Source: Deltaproteobacteria bacterium
GTDB lineage: Bacteria > Desulfobacterota > B13-G15 > RBG-16-54-18
Direction of reading: 5' to 3'
NCBI GenBank assembly: GCA_016927065.1
Contig: JAFGNJ010000020.1
Span: 10,923-74,922, forward strand
Length of the DNA: 64,000 bases
The position numbers were made by a program, and so were the translations under genes. A model generated the notes under the pieces. It searched no databases and was not told the origin of the DNA. It was given only the letters and a program-made list of their open reading frames with translations. Of the stretch, positions 11,205 through 22,900 are shown piece by piece (positions within the stretch are counted from its first letter, which is position 1; every line of letters starts with the position of its first letter).

Positions 11205-11813
11205 ATGCTGCAGAGAAAAAGAATCTATGGCGAACTTGCCATAGGCGCCATTGCCGCCATGTGCTTGGTAACGATGGCCTACGGGGGTTCAGCTACGTTA
11301 AAGGAGAATGTCTACGATGTAGGGGCACTGAAACCTATCGACAGTGTACCCAAGCTCCAGGTCGGAGACAAGGCCCCGGAATTCACCCTCCCCGCGGTCT
11401 CCGGGAAAACGGTGGCACTCGCCCAGTACCGAGACACAAAGAATGTGGTCATCTCATTTGTCCCGGCGGCCTGGACGCCGGTCTGTTCGGAACAGTGGCC
11501 GGGCTACAACATCGCCAAGCCCATCTTTGACCAATATGACGCACAATTGATCGGGATCACCGTGGACAACGTCCCCACGCTCTACGCGTGGACCCATCAG
11601 ATGGGGGGGCTGTGGTTTCCTGCCCTCTCCGACTTTTGGCCCCATGGGGCGGTGGCGGATCAGTACGGTATCTTGCGCTCCGATGGAACATCGGAGCGCG
11701 CCCTCTTCGTCATCGACAAACAGGGGATCATCCGGTACATCGATGTGCACGACATCAACAAAAGGCCGCCTCTCGATGACCTCGTCAGAGAGTTGGAGGA
11801 GCTAAAGAAATAG
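11205..11813 (+). CDS. Exported peroxiredoxin (AhpE/AhpC-TSA-like)
   Basis: PxxxTxxC motif VPAAWTPVC, LSDFWPHG, SERALFVID; N-terminal hydrophobic segment; ATG at 11205 follows AAGGAGG. Confidence 0.88.
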   Translation: MLQRKRIYGELAIGAIAAMCLVTMAYGGSATLKENVYDVGALKPIDSVPKLQVGDKAPEFTLPAVSGKTVALAQYRDTKNVVISFVPAAWTPVCSEQWPGYNIAKPIFDQYDAQLIGITVDNVPTLYAWTHQMGGLWFPALSDFWPHGAVADQYGILRSDGTSERALFVIDKQGIIRYIDVHDINKRPPLDDLVRELEELKK

Positions 11814-11840
11814 GATTCTTGTATCGGTGTGCAATGTACG

Positions 11841-11873
11841 TAATCAGATTTACTAAAATAGTTAATCTGATTA
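11841..11873. terminator. AT-rich inverted repeat between convergent genes
   Basis: TAATCAGATT-T-ACTA-AAA-TAGT-T-AATCTGATTA. Confidence 0.45.
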
Positions 11874-11887
11874 TATTATATTAATTC

Positions 11888-11958
11888 TAGTAACGATAGA
11901 GATAACCTGCATGTGAACAACGAAGCTGTTACATGTCTGCTTCATTGACTTGTTAGGT
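11888..11958 (-). mobile_element. Integron attC site
   Basis: Minus strand ACCTAAC-AAGTCAATGAAGCAGAC-ATGTAACAGCTTCGTTGTTCACAT-GCAGGTTATCTCTATC-GTTACTA: RYYYAAC...GTT ends and an imperfect palindrome downstream of a minus-strand ORF. Confidence 0.75.
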
Positions 11959-12035
11959 CCGCCACTAAGTAACAAAAAAGAATCCTATAATCTTATGGAC
12001 GTTTCTTGCCTTGCCCCTTTGGAGATAAATTGAAG

Positions 12036-12569
12036 TTAAACTTTTTCTTTATAATCATCAAATAATGTTGTTACGATGGAGTCTGTTGTTTCTATAAAAT
12101 ATTTTATGCCAAGATTCTTGATTGTTTCATCATCTTCATATCCACATACTGTAGCAAAGGTTAACCCGACTAATTCATTTAAATTATCCTTCAGCTTTTC
12201 AGGTCTAGCATTTCTTAATATTGCAACATACATATCTCTTCGGTTGTTTTGATAATCAATGATTTCCTGAGCTTTGGTTTCGCCTAACTTATGTGTTGCT
12301 AATCCGTGTCTGTGCACCATAACTCTTTCGCTAATAATTTTGTAATCATCATTGATTCCAAAAAATATATAAAGTCCCCATTCAATAGCAAACAAAAGTA
12401 AGCCGCTTAATTCCCACGAAATTCTTTTCTTATCATAGTTCTCTGATAATGATTTATTACAGTCGAATTGTTCTAGTCTATTGGATATGTTTGTTATGAA
12501 AAGCTCTGCGTAATTATCAGGAGTTGGAGTGATCTTTTTCTTCTTCTTGAGTCTTGATAATAATCTCAT
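12036..12569 (-). CDS. Hypothetical AT-rich cassette protein
   Basis: Open frame (MRLLSRLKKKK...) lying between two attC-like sites; low GC; no motif recognised; start uncertain. Confidence 0.6.
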   Translation of the reverse strand: MRLLSRLKKKKKITPTPDNYAELFITNISNRLEQFDCNKSLSENYDKKRISWELSGLLLFAIEWGLYIFFGINDDYKIISERVMVHRHGLATHKLGETKAQEIIDYQNNRRDMYVAILRNARPEKLKDNLNELVGLTFATVCGYEDDETIKNLGIKYFIETTDSIVTTLFDDYKEKV

Positions 12570-12736
12570 GAAATATAGCCTTTTAAAAATCAAATATACC
12601 AATATTTCTAAGCACTTACTTTGCGCCGTATGGATTTGGGTATTATTTTACTATTCCTTTCTATGATTGAGCGTGTCAAAAATTACATCGTAATTTATCT
12701 GATCAAAGGTGAAGCCCATTTTTGATCCTATTCACT

Positions 12737-12827
12737 CCCCAATGACCAAGTCTGAGCTGCGCCCGTCAAGGTCTTCAGGAGAATAAAACGGCGCGGTCTG
12801 GCTTCGGCTCCAGGCTTTTTTTGGGCC
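12737..12827 (-). mobile_element. Degenerate attC site
   Basis: Minus strand GGCCCAAA-AAAAGCCTGGAGCCGA...GCAGCTCAG-ACTTGGTC-ATTGGGG; inner boxes pair, but the cores are altered (AAC>AAA, GTT>ATT). Confidence 0.6.
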
Positions 12828-12860
12828 TTCTTTATCTACCTCTACTATTTAGATAAACCG

Positions 12861-13712
12861 TTAATCGGAACTATCGACAGTGTTAGCAGCGAAACCCCAG
12901 CCAAATCGTATATACTGGCCAAGCGGTTCCCCGATACCCGAAGTATTTGTGTCTCGGATTCCAACGGTAAGTCGCCCGGGCAGAAACATTCCGATAACGA
13001 GGCACATAAAGTCTTGTATAAACTCAAGGCAGTTAGTATAAATTGTTTGCATATACTTCAGAACATCTATTCCCGCAATTCTGGGTACGGTTATTTGCCA
13101 CTGATCAGAGTTTCTCTCGGCCTGATAACTGTACCCGGCTATCGTTTTGAAGTGGTTCAAAGAAGTTCTAAGCGTAATAGCTTGTTTGAGCCATGCTTTT
13201 TGATCATCTCTTATCAACGAAATGATTGAGTCAACTATTTCTGTTTTGGGGTTTTTATCTCCTTTAAACTTCTCAAGACCTTTGATTAGATTCTCGCCCA
13301 TGTCACCAAATGTCTTAGTTTTGAATCTTTTTGGGAAAAGCGCCTCAAGAAATTTTACTGCAAGGTCAAGCGCACTCTTCATCTGGAACATAAAAGCTTC
13401 AAGCTCGAATAGTAGCTCATAAGCTTGCAACGAAATGTGACCATCTGGTCGACACTGTGCCTTCATCTGGCCGATACAAAGTTGCTCATGCTGTTCATAC
13501 CCCTTTAAATGATACTGCATAGCGGAAATCTTGATCATTACATTGAGCAATACAGCAATGAACTTGTCGTGCTCTTTGACTTTAGGATTAAAAAAGTCAA
13601 AGCCGTCGCTGAGCAGCAGCTCTTTGGCTTGATAGTAGAGGCGGCCCATGATCTCGAGATCGAATGGCATCTTTGATAATGCATCAAATTCGGTTTTTCC
13701 GATCTTATCCAT
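12861..13712 (-). CDS. Cassette-borne HEPN-like protein (Cthe_2314-like)
   Basis: ELEAFMFQMKSALDL helix and RxxxxH motif RTSLNH; preceded by core site GTTGGGC (13737-13731). Confidence 0.6.
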   Translation of the reverse strand: MDKIGKTEFDALSKMPFDLEIMGRLYYQAKELLLSDGFDFFNPKVKEHDKFIAVLLNVMIKISAMQYHLKGYEQHEQLCIGQMKAQCRPDGHISLQAYELLFELEAFMFQMKSALDLAVKFLEALFPKRFKTKTFGDMGENLIKGLEKFKGDKNPKTEIVDSIISLIRDDQKAWLKQAITLRTSLNHFKTIAGYSYQAERNSDQWQITVPRIAGIDVLKYMQTIYTNCLEFIQDFMCLVIGMFLPGRLTVGIRDTNTSGIGEPLGQYIRFGWGFAANTVDSSD

Positions 13713-13914
13713 TCTTGATCCTATATTGTGGCCCAACAATATTCTAACCAAATAAACAAATAATTCCAGAAGGAAAATCTGCTTGGCTGCCGTAATTAGT
13801 CCATAATATCATATTATACAGAACCCGTATATCATAGGCAGGAACTTATAGGGGAGAGGCACAAAAAGGTTCAGGCCTTAAAAGATGGCTCAAGCCTACT
13901 AGCCTCTCCCCGCT

Positions 13915-16900
13915 TTACTGGGGCTTCCCCATGTGTACGAGGACCCGATGTTTGATAAAGTCCCGATCCAGTGGGATCACCCTATCCCGTACACGCCGAC
14001 CGTCCAGCTCCACCCACGCAACGCCCCGCTCATAGCCTTCCGGGTTCTCGACCCTGATCTCGTATATCGCTTCGCCGTGACGATAGCGCAGGCTGAAACC
14101 CTCCCACCAGCCGGGGATGACCGGATTTACCTGCATGCGATCCCCCCGCACCTGCAAGCCCAGGATCTCTTCAACCCAGGCTCGGTACATCCACGCAGAG
14201 GCACCCGTATACCACGACCAACCACCGTGACCGATCCTCCCGGGCAATCGGTATACATCAGCCGCGATCACGTAGGGCTCGATCCCGTAGCGCCAGACTG
14301 TTTCCGGATCACGCGCCCGCTCGATCGGGTTAAGCATGCGCATCATTTTCACCGCACGCTCACCATCCCCTCGACGCGCCATGGCCATGGCGAACCACAG
14401 GGCGGCGTGAGTGTACTGGCCTCCGTTCTCGCGCACCCCCGGCGGGTACCCCTTGATGTAGCCGGGTGACGGCTCCGATTTGTCGAAAGGAGGTTCGAGG
14501 AGCAGCACGAGACCTTCATCCTCGCGAACGAGATGTCTCCATGCCGATTCCAAGGCACTCTTTGCACGATCCGTGTCGGCGGCGCCGCTCAGCCACGCCC
14601 AGGATTGGGGCAGGGAATCGATCTTCGCCTCTTCATTCGCCGAAGAGCCAAGCGGCGTGCCATCGTCGAAGATCGCCCGCAGATACCATTCCCCATCCCA
14701 GGCTTTTTGTTCGACAAGCTTAATCAGCGCCTTCCGTTTTTGCTGATAGGTCTTACGCAGATCCGGCCGATCCAGGAGGTCAGCCATCTCGACCATGCCC
14801 TGCAGCACATCCGCCAGGAACCACGCCAGCCACACGCTCTCCCCTTTGCCCCCGGCACCCACAAGGTTCATCCCATCGTTCCAGTCTCCCGTTCCCATCA
14901 GGGGCAACCCGGTGGGCCCAACAGTCAGCCCGCGCGAGACCGCTCGCTCGCAGTGCTCAAACAGCGTACCGCGTTCCCGCGCGATCTCCGGTGTGGAGAG
15001 GGCTTCTCGCTGATCTGCTTCCAACAGAGGAGCGTTGAGGAAGGGAACCGTCGTATGCAGGATGCCCACATCACCGGTGATCCTGATGTAGTGAGCGACG
15101 ACGTAGGGAAGCCATAGGGGATCATCGGAGATCCGCGAGCGGATACCTGCGCCGTTCGGTGGATGCCACCAGTGCTGGACATCGCCTTCCTTGAACTGGC
15201 GGCTCGCCGCAAACAGGATGTGCTCTCGCGCCAGGTCGGGATACGCGTAGACGAAAGCCATGACGTCCTGCAATTGATCGCGGAAGCCGAACGCGCCGCC
15301 GGGCTGGTAAAAGGCGGAACGCCCCCAGATCCGGCAGCTCAGACTTTGGTACAGCAACCAGCGGTTGATGAGGAAGTCCGCTGCGAGCTCGGGGGTATGG
15401 ACTTCGATCGTGCCCAACAGGTCATCCCACCAGGCTTTCATTTTGCTTAGAGAGGTTTCGAACGCCGAGCTTTTCCGGTAGGTTTGAACCAGCTTATGGA
15501 CCTCCTCCGCTGATCCGGCCTGGCCCACCATGCACGTAATCTCAACCTTCTCACCGGGAGCCAGTTCGACCCTGACCTGCAGCGCGGCACAGGGGTCCAA
15601 TCCCGCTCCCGTCCGCAGTGAAAGCCTGATCCGCTCCATCGCCACGGGGTTCGCCATCGAGCGATTGCGCCCCAGGAAGGATGTGCGGTCGCCGTTGTAT
15701 GACTCCACAGGCGGGCTGATGGCCGCGAAGGCCACACGATCCCCATACTCGGGGTGGTAACGATTTCTGGCAAGCAGGGCCTGCGCTTCGTCATCCCAGG
15801 TGGTCACGACGTGCATCTGAGAAGACTCACGGTTCTCCCCCAGTGTCCACTCTACGTAATACGTAACAGACAGTTTGCGATGCCGAGCGGAGTCGTTTCT
15901 CAGCCGCAGCCGCTGCAGTTTGATCGGCTCTCCCCCTTGCTCGTCTACGGGAACGAAGACCAAGAGCTCCTGCTCGATCCCATTGCTATTATGCTCGAAT
16001 GCCGTGTACCCTGCCCCGTGCCGTGTCCGATAGGGGGTCTTTTCGCGGATCGGCGTCGGGGTCGGTGTCCAGTAGACACCGCTCTCCTCATCCCGAATGT
16101 ACAACGCCTCAGACGGTGGATCCATCACGGAGTCGTTCGACCATGGCGTCAGGCGATTGCGCTGGCTGTTGCCATACCAGGTAAAGCCGGCCCCTGTTTC
16201 GCTGAGTACTGTTCCGAAAGTCGGGTTGGCGATGACGTTTACCCAGGGCGCGGGCGTGTGGGTGTCTGGTCCGAAATAGATTGCGTATTCACGCCCGTCC
16301 GGGGTAAACCCACCCAGGCTATTGAAGTAGGGTAATTCCAGGAAGGGCAGCGCAGGCGAAGGCTCCCGGGGGGCACGCTTCTTGACCATGGGTTCCGGCA
16401 TCTCGGGAGCCTCCGCAGGCATACCCAATTGCTGGGGCAATGTGCCGCGGGCCGCCACCAACTCCACACTCGCCGCTGCCCTGAGCAGCGTCAGATCTTC
16501 CTCAGGCATAAGATCAGCGCTACGCACGTAGACACCACCAGACTGATCGATCCCCGCGTGCATCGCATGCGTCTGGATGAGGTGCTCGAGTCGTTCGCGC
16601 AGGGGCTGTTCATAACCGCTCGCTTCCTCATTGAGGATCACTAAGTCTGCCATTAATCCGTGATTATGCCAATAGGCATGCGCCTGGAGCATTTGACGAA
16701 CCAGGGTGATGTCCTGCGCTTCACCGATGGTGACCAGGGCGATCGGCACGTCGCCCGAGATTCCGTAGGGCCACAATCCGGCTTGGCCCTTGCAATTCTT
16801 TTCGATGCATTCAATGGGAGGCCGCAGGCTGGGATTGGGAAACAGCAAGTGGCTTGTCAGCTGCTGGAAGCGGCGGGCCTCGTCGGGCTGGATACGAAGC

Positions 16901-19900
16901 AGCCGCAACTCGAGTTGGGCGGAGGCCCAGGCGACATCCATCGCCCGATCGATCGGAGGGAGTTCTCCGTACTTGTCCATCAGTCTCAAGACCTGCTGGC
17001 GTGTTTCGCCGGCGGCGATAACTAGGGAAACCTGGATGCGCCGGCCCGGACCGAGAGTCACGCTCCGCCGCAGGCTGAGGATCGGGTCGAGAACAAAACC
17101 CTGGTTGCTACCGAGCTCTTGAAAGACACCCATGGGACTGGCGAGCGTCCTCCCGCGTCCGATGAACCGCCGCCGGTCGGTATCGAACTGCAAGGCGTTA
17201 TCCTCGACTTGTTCGAGCGTGAAGCGGTGCGCAATATAGATGGGCGGGTCGTCATCTCCGCGAGGCCTGCGGCACGCGAGAAGCGCCTGATATTCGGGCA
17301 CCGCTTCGGTCTGGATGAACAGCTTGTTAAAGGCCGGATGCTGCCGGTCAGCGTTGTGCGGCGCCATTGAGAGTTCGACGTAGCTTGTGAGCTCGAGGCG
17401 GCGGGTGCGAACGGACCGGTTGATCAGAGTGATCCGCCGGATCTCAACGTCATCTTCCGGCGAGACGATGACCTCGGTTTCGGTTTGAATGCCGCTATCG
17501 GTGCGTCGGAACACGGCACGATCGAGCGCAAAGTTGGCGGAATACGCCTCGACCTTCCCGCCGGTTGGATGATACGTATTGGACCACAAACGATCCGAAT
17601 CGGCTTCATGGATATAGCAGAAGGTTCCCCACGGATCCCGCGTCCGATCAGATCTCCAGCGGGTAATCTCATAGTCTCTCCACCGGCTGTACCCGCCGCC
17701 GGCGTTCGTGAGCATCAGGTTATAGCTACCATTACTCAGCAGTTGGGTTTTGGGTGTAGCGGTGTGTGGCGTATCGAATTTGCTCACTGACGGCACCACT
17801 TCGCCGACGTCCGTCACCGAAGGCGCCCTCTCACGGGTGGTGATGTGGTGGAGCGGAGGAAGGACAGGGATGCGTTCATGGAGCAATGGCTCGACCGCAC
17901 GCACGCGTGCGTCGGCATGAAAACGGCGTTGGATGATATTACCATGGATGAAGTTGGTCAGCGACAGAAAACTCATTCCTTGATGATTAGTCATATACGC
18001 TCGTACCATCACCCCGCGCTCGCCCGGGCGGCCCGGCTGCCGGCTGAAGTCCATCGCTTCGTAATAGCCGTAATCGTTCAAAAGCCCCAACTTAGCTAAG
18101 CGTTTCAGATTCTGCACGGTCTCTCTCGGTGCTATATTCACCGCCAGAAGAGTAGCATAGGGTGCTACGACAACCTCCTCCAAGCCGCGTTTTAATCCGA
18201 GCTCCGGCACACCGAACGCCTTGTATTGATACGTCTTGTTGATGTCCAGGTCTCCAAAGGCGGACTCCGAGATCCCCCACGGCACATGGAGCTTGCGACC
18301 GTAGGCGATGTGGATCGCCACAGCTTCCCGTGTTGCTTTATCCAGGAGTGAATTCCAGTACGTTTTTTGTAAAATGAGCGGCATGAGATATTCGAACATG
18401 CTTCCTGTCCAGCTGAGCAGCACCCGGTGCCGGCCGATCGCGCCGTAGGGCCGGCTCATTGAGAACCAATGCTCAGCGGAGACGTCACCGCGCGCAATGG
18501 CGACAAAACTCCCAAGCCGCGCCTCACTCGCCAGGAGATCGTAATAGGCGCTATCCAAGCGCCCGTCGGAAACATTGTAGCCGACGGAGAACAACCGGCG
18601 TTCGGAGTCATACAGGAAGGGCATGTTGATCGATTCGGACAGTTCGCGTCCATCCTGGACCAGGCGCTCGCCCAAAGCAAGCATTTCACCCGCCAACCAT
18701 TGCGCCTTTGCAAAGGCCTGCAGAAGGCGGCTAATCCACTCGAAGAGGGGGCCTGTTTCCGAGGGAGAAAAGTCCCGAATCGATTGCAGGGTCTGTATAC
18801 AGCCTATATGCCCTTTGGCGAGATCGCGAAGCGACGGCGCGTGATACAGATTCTCGCGCAACGCGAGCACGGCCTCCCTGCCCAGCAAGGCGATCTCATC
18901 TTCCGCTTTTTCATCAATGATTTCGATCCAGGCGAGGTAGCGATCCACAATCTCGCGCCAGGCCAATACCTGTTTCTCCATCTGCCCGGCCCAATAGGCC
19001 GCACGCGATTCACCTCCGGTTTCACCGTCTGTTTCACCTCGGGTTCCCCCTCCGGGTTCCCCAGAGGGTCCGCCGGAGGCGGACTTACGTTTCTTACGGT
19101 AAAGACCTTTTATGCTGTCTTCTAGTTGCCGCAGCAGGCGCAGCGCATCGGCGATGCGATCCGGTGGATTTTCACAACTACGCATCAGTTCGTCAAGGCG
19201 GCGGGCATTGAGAGCGGAAACGCCTTCCTCTTCGACGACCTGCTTCAAGATTTCACCGGTGTCCCGCAGACCTGCAAAGGCTTTCGCATCCAGCATGGGG
19301 TCTTGCATCAAGTCGTCAAGACCTTGCTCCAGGGCCCAGAGGGCGCCAAGCAGGTTTCCACTGTCCACCATGGATACGTAGCGAGGTTCGAGAGGGGTCA
19401 GGGTTTTAATATCGTACCAATTCAACAGATGACCCTCATAGCGCTCGAGTTTGCCGATCGTCTCCATAGTACGCGTCAACTTTTCGATGGCCTGATCCAT
19501 CGTCAGATATCCGAAATCATGGGCGGCGAGCGCGCTGACCATCCAGAAACCGATGTTGGTTGGACTGGTACGCATCGCTAGTTGATTCTTATGGGAGAAC
19601 TGGTAATTGTCCGGCGGAAGCCAAGAGGTGTTTTCTCCGACAAAATCAGAGAAATACCGCCAGGTTCGTCGTGCAACCTTTCTCAGGAACCGCACATCCT
19701 TTTCGGGAAACAGTAATCGCTGTGACCTCGCGTGCGGTCTGAGGGTCAAGAGCCAACCGATCAGAGGGGATAAGAACCACAATACGAGCCAGGGACCGGC
19801 CAGGAAAATGTTCGACGGCATCCAGCGCTGCACCGCCCAACCCATGATCACGCTGAAGATGCTCGCTAGGCCCAGCAACATCACGAACGTCTGCACTCGA

Positions 19901-22900
19901 TCCGGGGCATTTCCATGCATCACCTGGGTTGACGTCCACTCGAGCAACCCTCGATGAGAGATAAGACGACGATACCAGACCCGCAGAATGGCATCCATCG
20001 CCAGCCAGGCCTGGCGCGGAAGCAGTGCAGCTTCGACAATCGCCCGCAGCAGGTCGTGCGCCAATCGTAAGAAGGAAAAGCCCCGTGGCCCCTGGCCGGT
20101 GGTCGCCCATATGAAGGGCTGAACTAAGGGGTGAAAGAGCAGCTGCATGGCGACCACAACGGCAGATATCCACACCATCTCAGAGGAAGTCAGCCAGGAC
20201 GCTATCAGTAAGCCCAGACTGGTCGCAGGTACCAGGCTACGGCGCAAGTTGTCGAAGACCTTCCAGCGGTCGAACCAGGAGAGCGGGTTTGGTCCTCGGC
20301 CTCCTCCGGGCAGGGGAACGCGCGGCAAAATCCAATCCGCAATTTGCCAATCACCGCGAATCCAACGATGCTGCCGGCTGGTGTAGCTCATGTAATCCTG
20401 CGGGAACTCATCATAGAGCTCGATATCACTGGCGAGGCCCACGCGAACATGAGCACCTTCGATCAAATCATGACTGAGCAATTGCTCTTCGGGAAACGTG
20501 CCGGAAAGCACTCGACTGAAGACACGCACGTCATAGATGCCTTTGCCATGATAGGAGCCTTCGCCAGTGAGATCCTGATTGACGTCGGAAACAGCCTTGG
20601 TATAGGGGTCGATTCCGATTGGGTCCGAGAAGAGCCGGCTGAATGGCGTGGCGCTCGTACTCGGCAGGGAGGGGCTCACGCGCGGTTGGATGATCGCATA
20701 GGAGCCGGCCAGGATGCCACCTTTGTCATCGAAGCGCGGCAGGTTGAGCGGGTGGGCCAGGGTTTCAACCATCCTGCGGGCGGTGTCGTGCGGTAGCTGC
20801 GTGTCGCTGTCCAACGTGATGACAAATCTCACATCGGACAGGCGATCCGGGTCGCCGACGTACACCAACCGATTGGCATCTTCAGGCCGCGTTCCATCAA
20901 TCAGACGATTGAGTTCTTCCAGTTTCCCGCGTTTACGCTCCCACCCGATAAATTTCTGTTCGGATTCACTCCATTTTCGCTCTCGATGGAAAAGGGAAAA
21001 ACGTTCGCCGCCATACCGGTTATTGAGGGCTTCGATGCTTTCGATCGTCGCTTGGAGCAGGTGTTCGTCCTCCTCGCCATGCGCTTGCTTTGAATCCGCA
21101 TAATCCGAGAAGAGGCCAAAGAATACATTGTTTTCTTTGTTAGTGAGATATCTGAGCTCGAGCTTTTCCGCCTCGGCCCGGATAGTCTCCGCATCAACCA
21201 ACAGCATGGGCACAACGACGAGCGTTCGAAATTCATCAGGAATCCCCGAGTCCTCGAAATTCATCTTCGGAAGCGTGCGCGGCGGAAGTAACTGCGTGAC
21301 CAGGTAATTCACAACCTCGAGCGAAAGCTGGCTAATCGGAATCAGCAAAAGAAGCGCTAGCAAAAGCCGGATCACGGGTGTCTGCCCGCGCATACCAAGC
21401 AAAACGATCAGGGAGATGAATACCGCGGTAAAAAAGCCGAGCCCAAGAAAGTACACTGCAGCATGATGGCGGTAGACCCATTGCACAACGCGGAACCGGG
21501 GCGCCTCGCGACATCGTATGAGCTGCGCCAGCTCGTGTCTTCCTTCTCCAACCAGATATGTCCCGACATGGATACGCCGTTCATCCTTCACCCCTTTATG
21601 GGCCGCGCGCGTCGCTAGGTCAATGGCGCGCTGGGCGACTCGTTCTTCCGCCTGGCCTGACCTGCGGGCGAGTTCTTCAATCGTCCTACGATACCGATCT
21701 CGCGTGTCGAAATCCATCCGGGGATAGACTCCCGAAGGGTCCATCCGAAGCAACTGCTCCACTCGACTGATCTGTTCGAATATCTTCCTCCAATCCAACA
21801 GGGCGAGTTGTCGCAAACTGGTGAACGCATTCCCGATCGATATCTGATCCTTCATCTGGCGGTTTTGCTCACGAAGGTTGAGATCGCCCAGGGATTTTCG
21901 AAACATACGCTCGAGCCATGCCTTGACCGGCACCAGCGCGGCTTCTTGATCGTAGAGGTTATCGATCAGTTGAAGACTGAAATAGGGACTCGGCTTGGGT
22001 TGCGATTCGGCAAGTTCGGCAAGGATCGAAAGGATTGAGAAAGGCTGGTTGGGGTCTCGCCGATTGGCCGTAATGAGCCTGTTTGCCCAGAAGTCGGCAA
22101 TCTCACGTTCTCGCAGCTCTGTCAGGGCTCTTTCGGCGAGATACAAGAGGCCCTCGACCAATGCCGCGCGCAGCATCTGGGGGACGGCCCAGAGTTCGCC
22201 AATCGACAATGGGCCGACTGATTGATAGGCCTTGATGAACGCGAGGATGTTCTCCCTATCCAGACGCAAGTCCGCATGTGAGACCAGTTCCCGTGCGAGG
22301 CCGTAGATGCGCGGCAGACCACGGTAGGGCCCGCTGGCCAGTGCCGGCAGCTCCTGGTAATAGCGCCGGGGAAGGTTCAACTGCACTTCGCGCACGTTAC
22401 TCTCGATGATGTACTCATTGTCGAGGAGCCACTCGGTGGTTGGAGGCGTACTCTGACCCAGTCGACTCGCTTCGGACAGATCCAGGCAAACACGATGGAT
22501 CCATCGCCGGGTTTGTTCGAGCCACTTGAGCAGTTTGATGTTCCGCCGGGGATTCGTGCTCACCTGATGGTCCTTGGCGAGGCGCTCAGCATACTCCTGG
22601 ATCTGTACCCCAGAGAGCGGACTCTCGAGGCTCGCCGCCTCTCCGATGAAATCCTCTCGCTTCGGATGCAGAAAAAATATGGCGGGCGGGATCTCGTCGC
22701 TTTCCTGCAACACTGCCATGGGGGAGCGCAATGTTTCGATCGGTGCCCGGAGAATCAGGACGGTCTCCTCGGATACCAACCAGCGCGCATGATCCTCGAG
22801 CAGCCTTCGTTCGACGCCGAACCTCGATCGTCGTATCCATGCCACACTGAAGAAGATTCCGGCGATCCCACCCGCAAGGCCCGGAATCAGGGTAGACAGG

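Noticed and set aside
11470..11490. Possible selenocysteine in the peroxiredoxin active site
   Set aside because: The codon is TGT (Cys), not TGA
13796..13823. dif-like site AGTCCATAATATCATATTATACAGAA
   Set aside because: The spacer between ATAA and TTAT is 7 nt rather than 6 and the XerD arm does not match TTATGTTAAAT; at most an AT-rich palindrome
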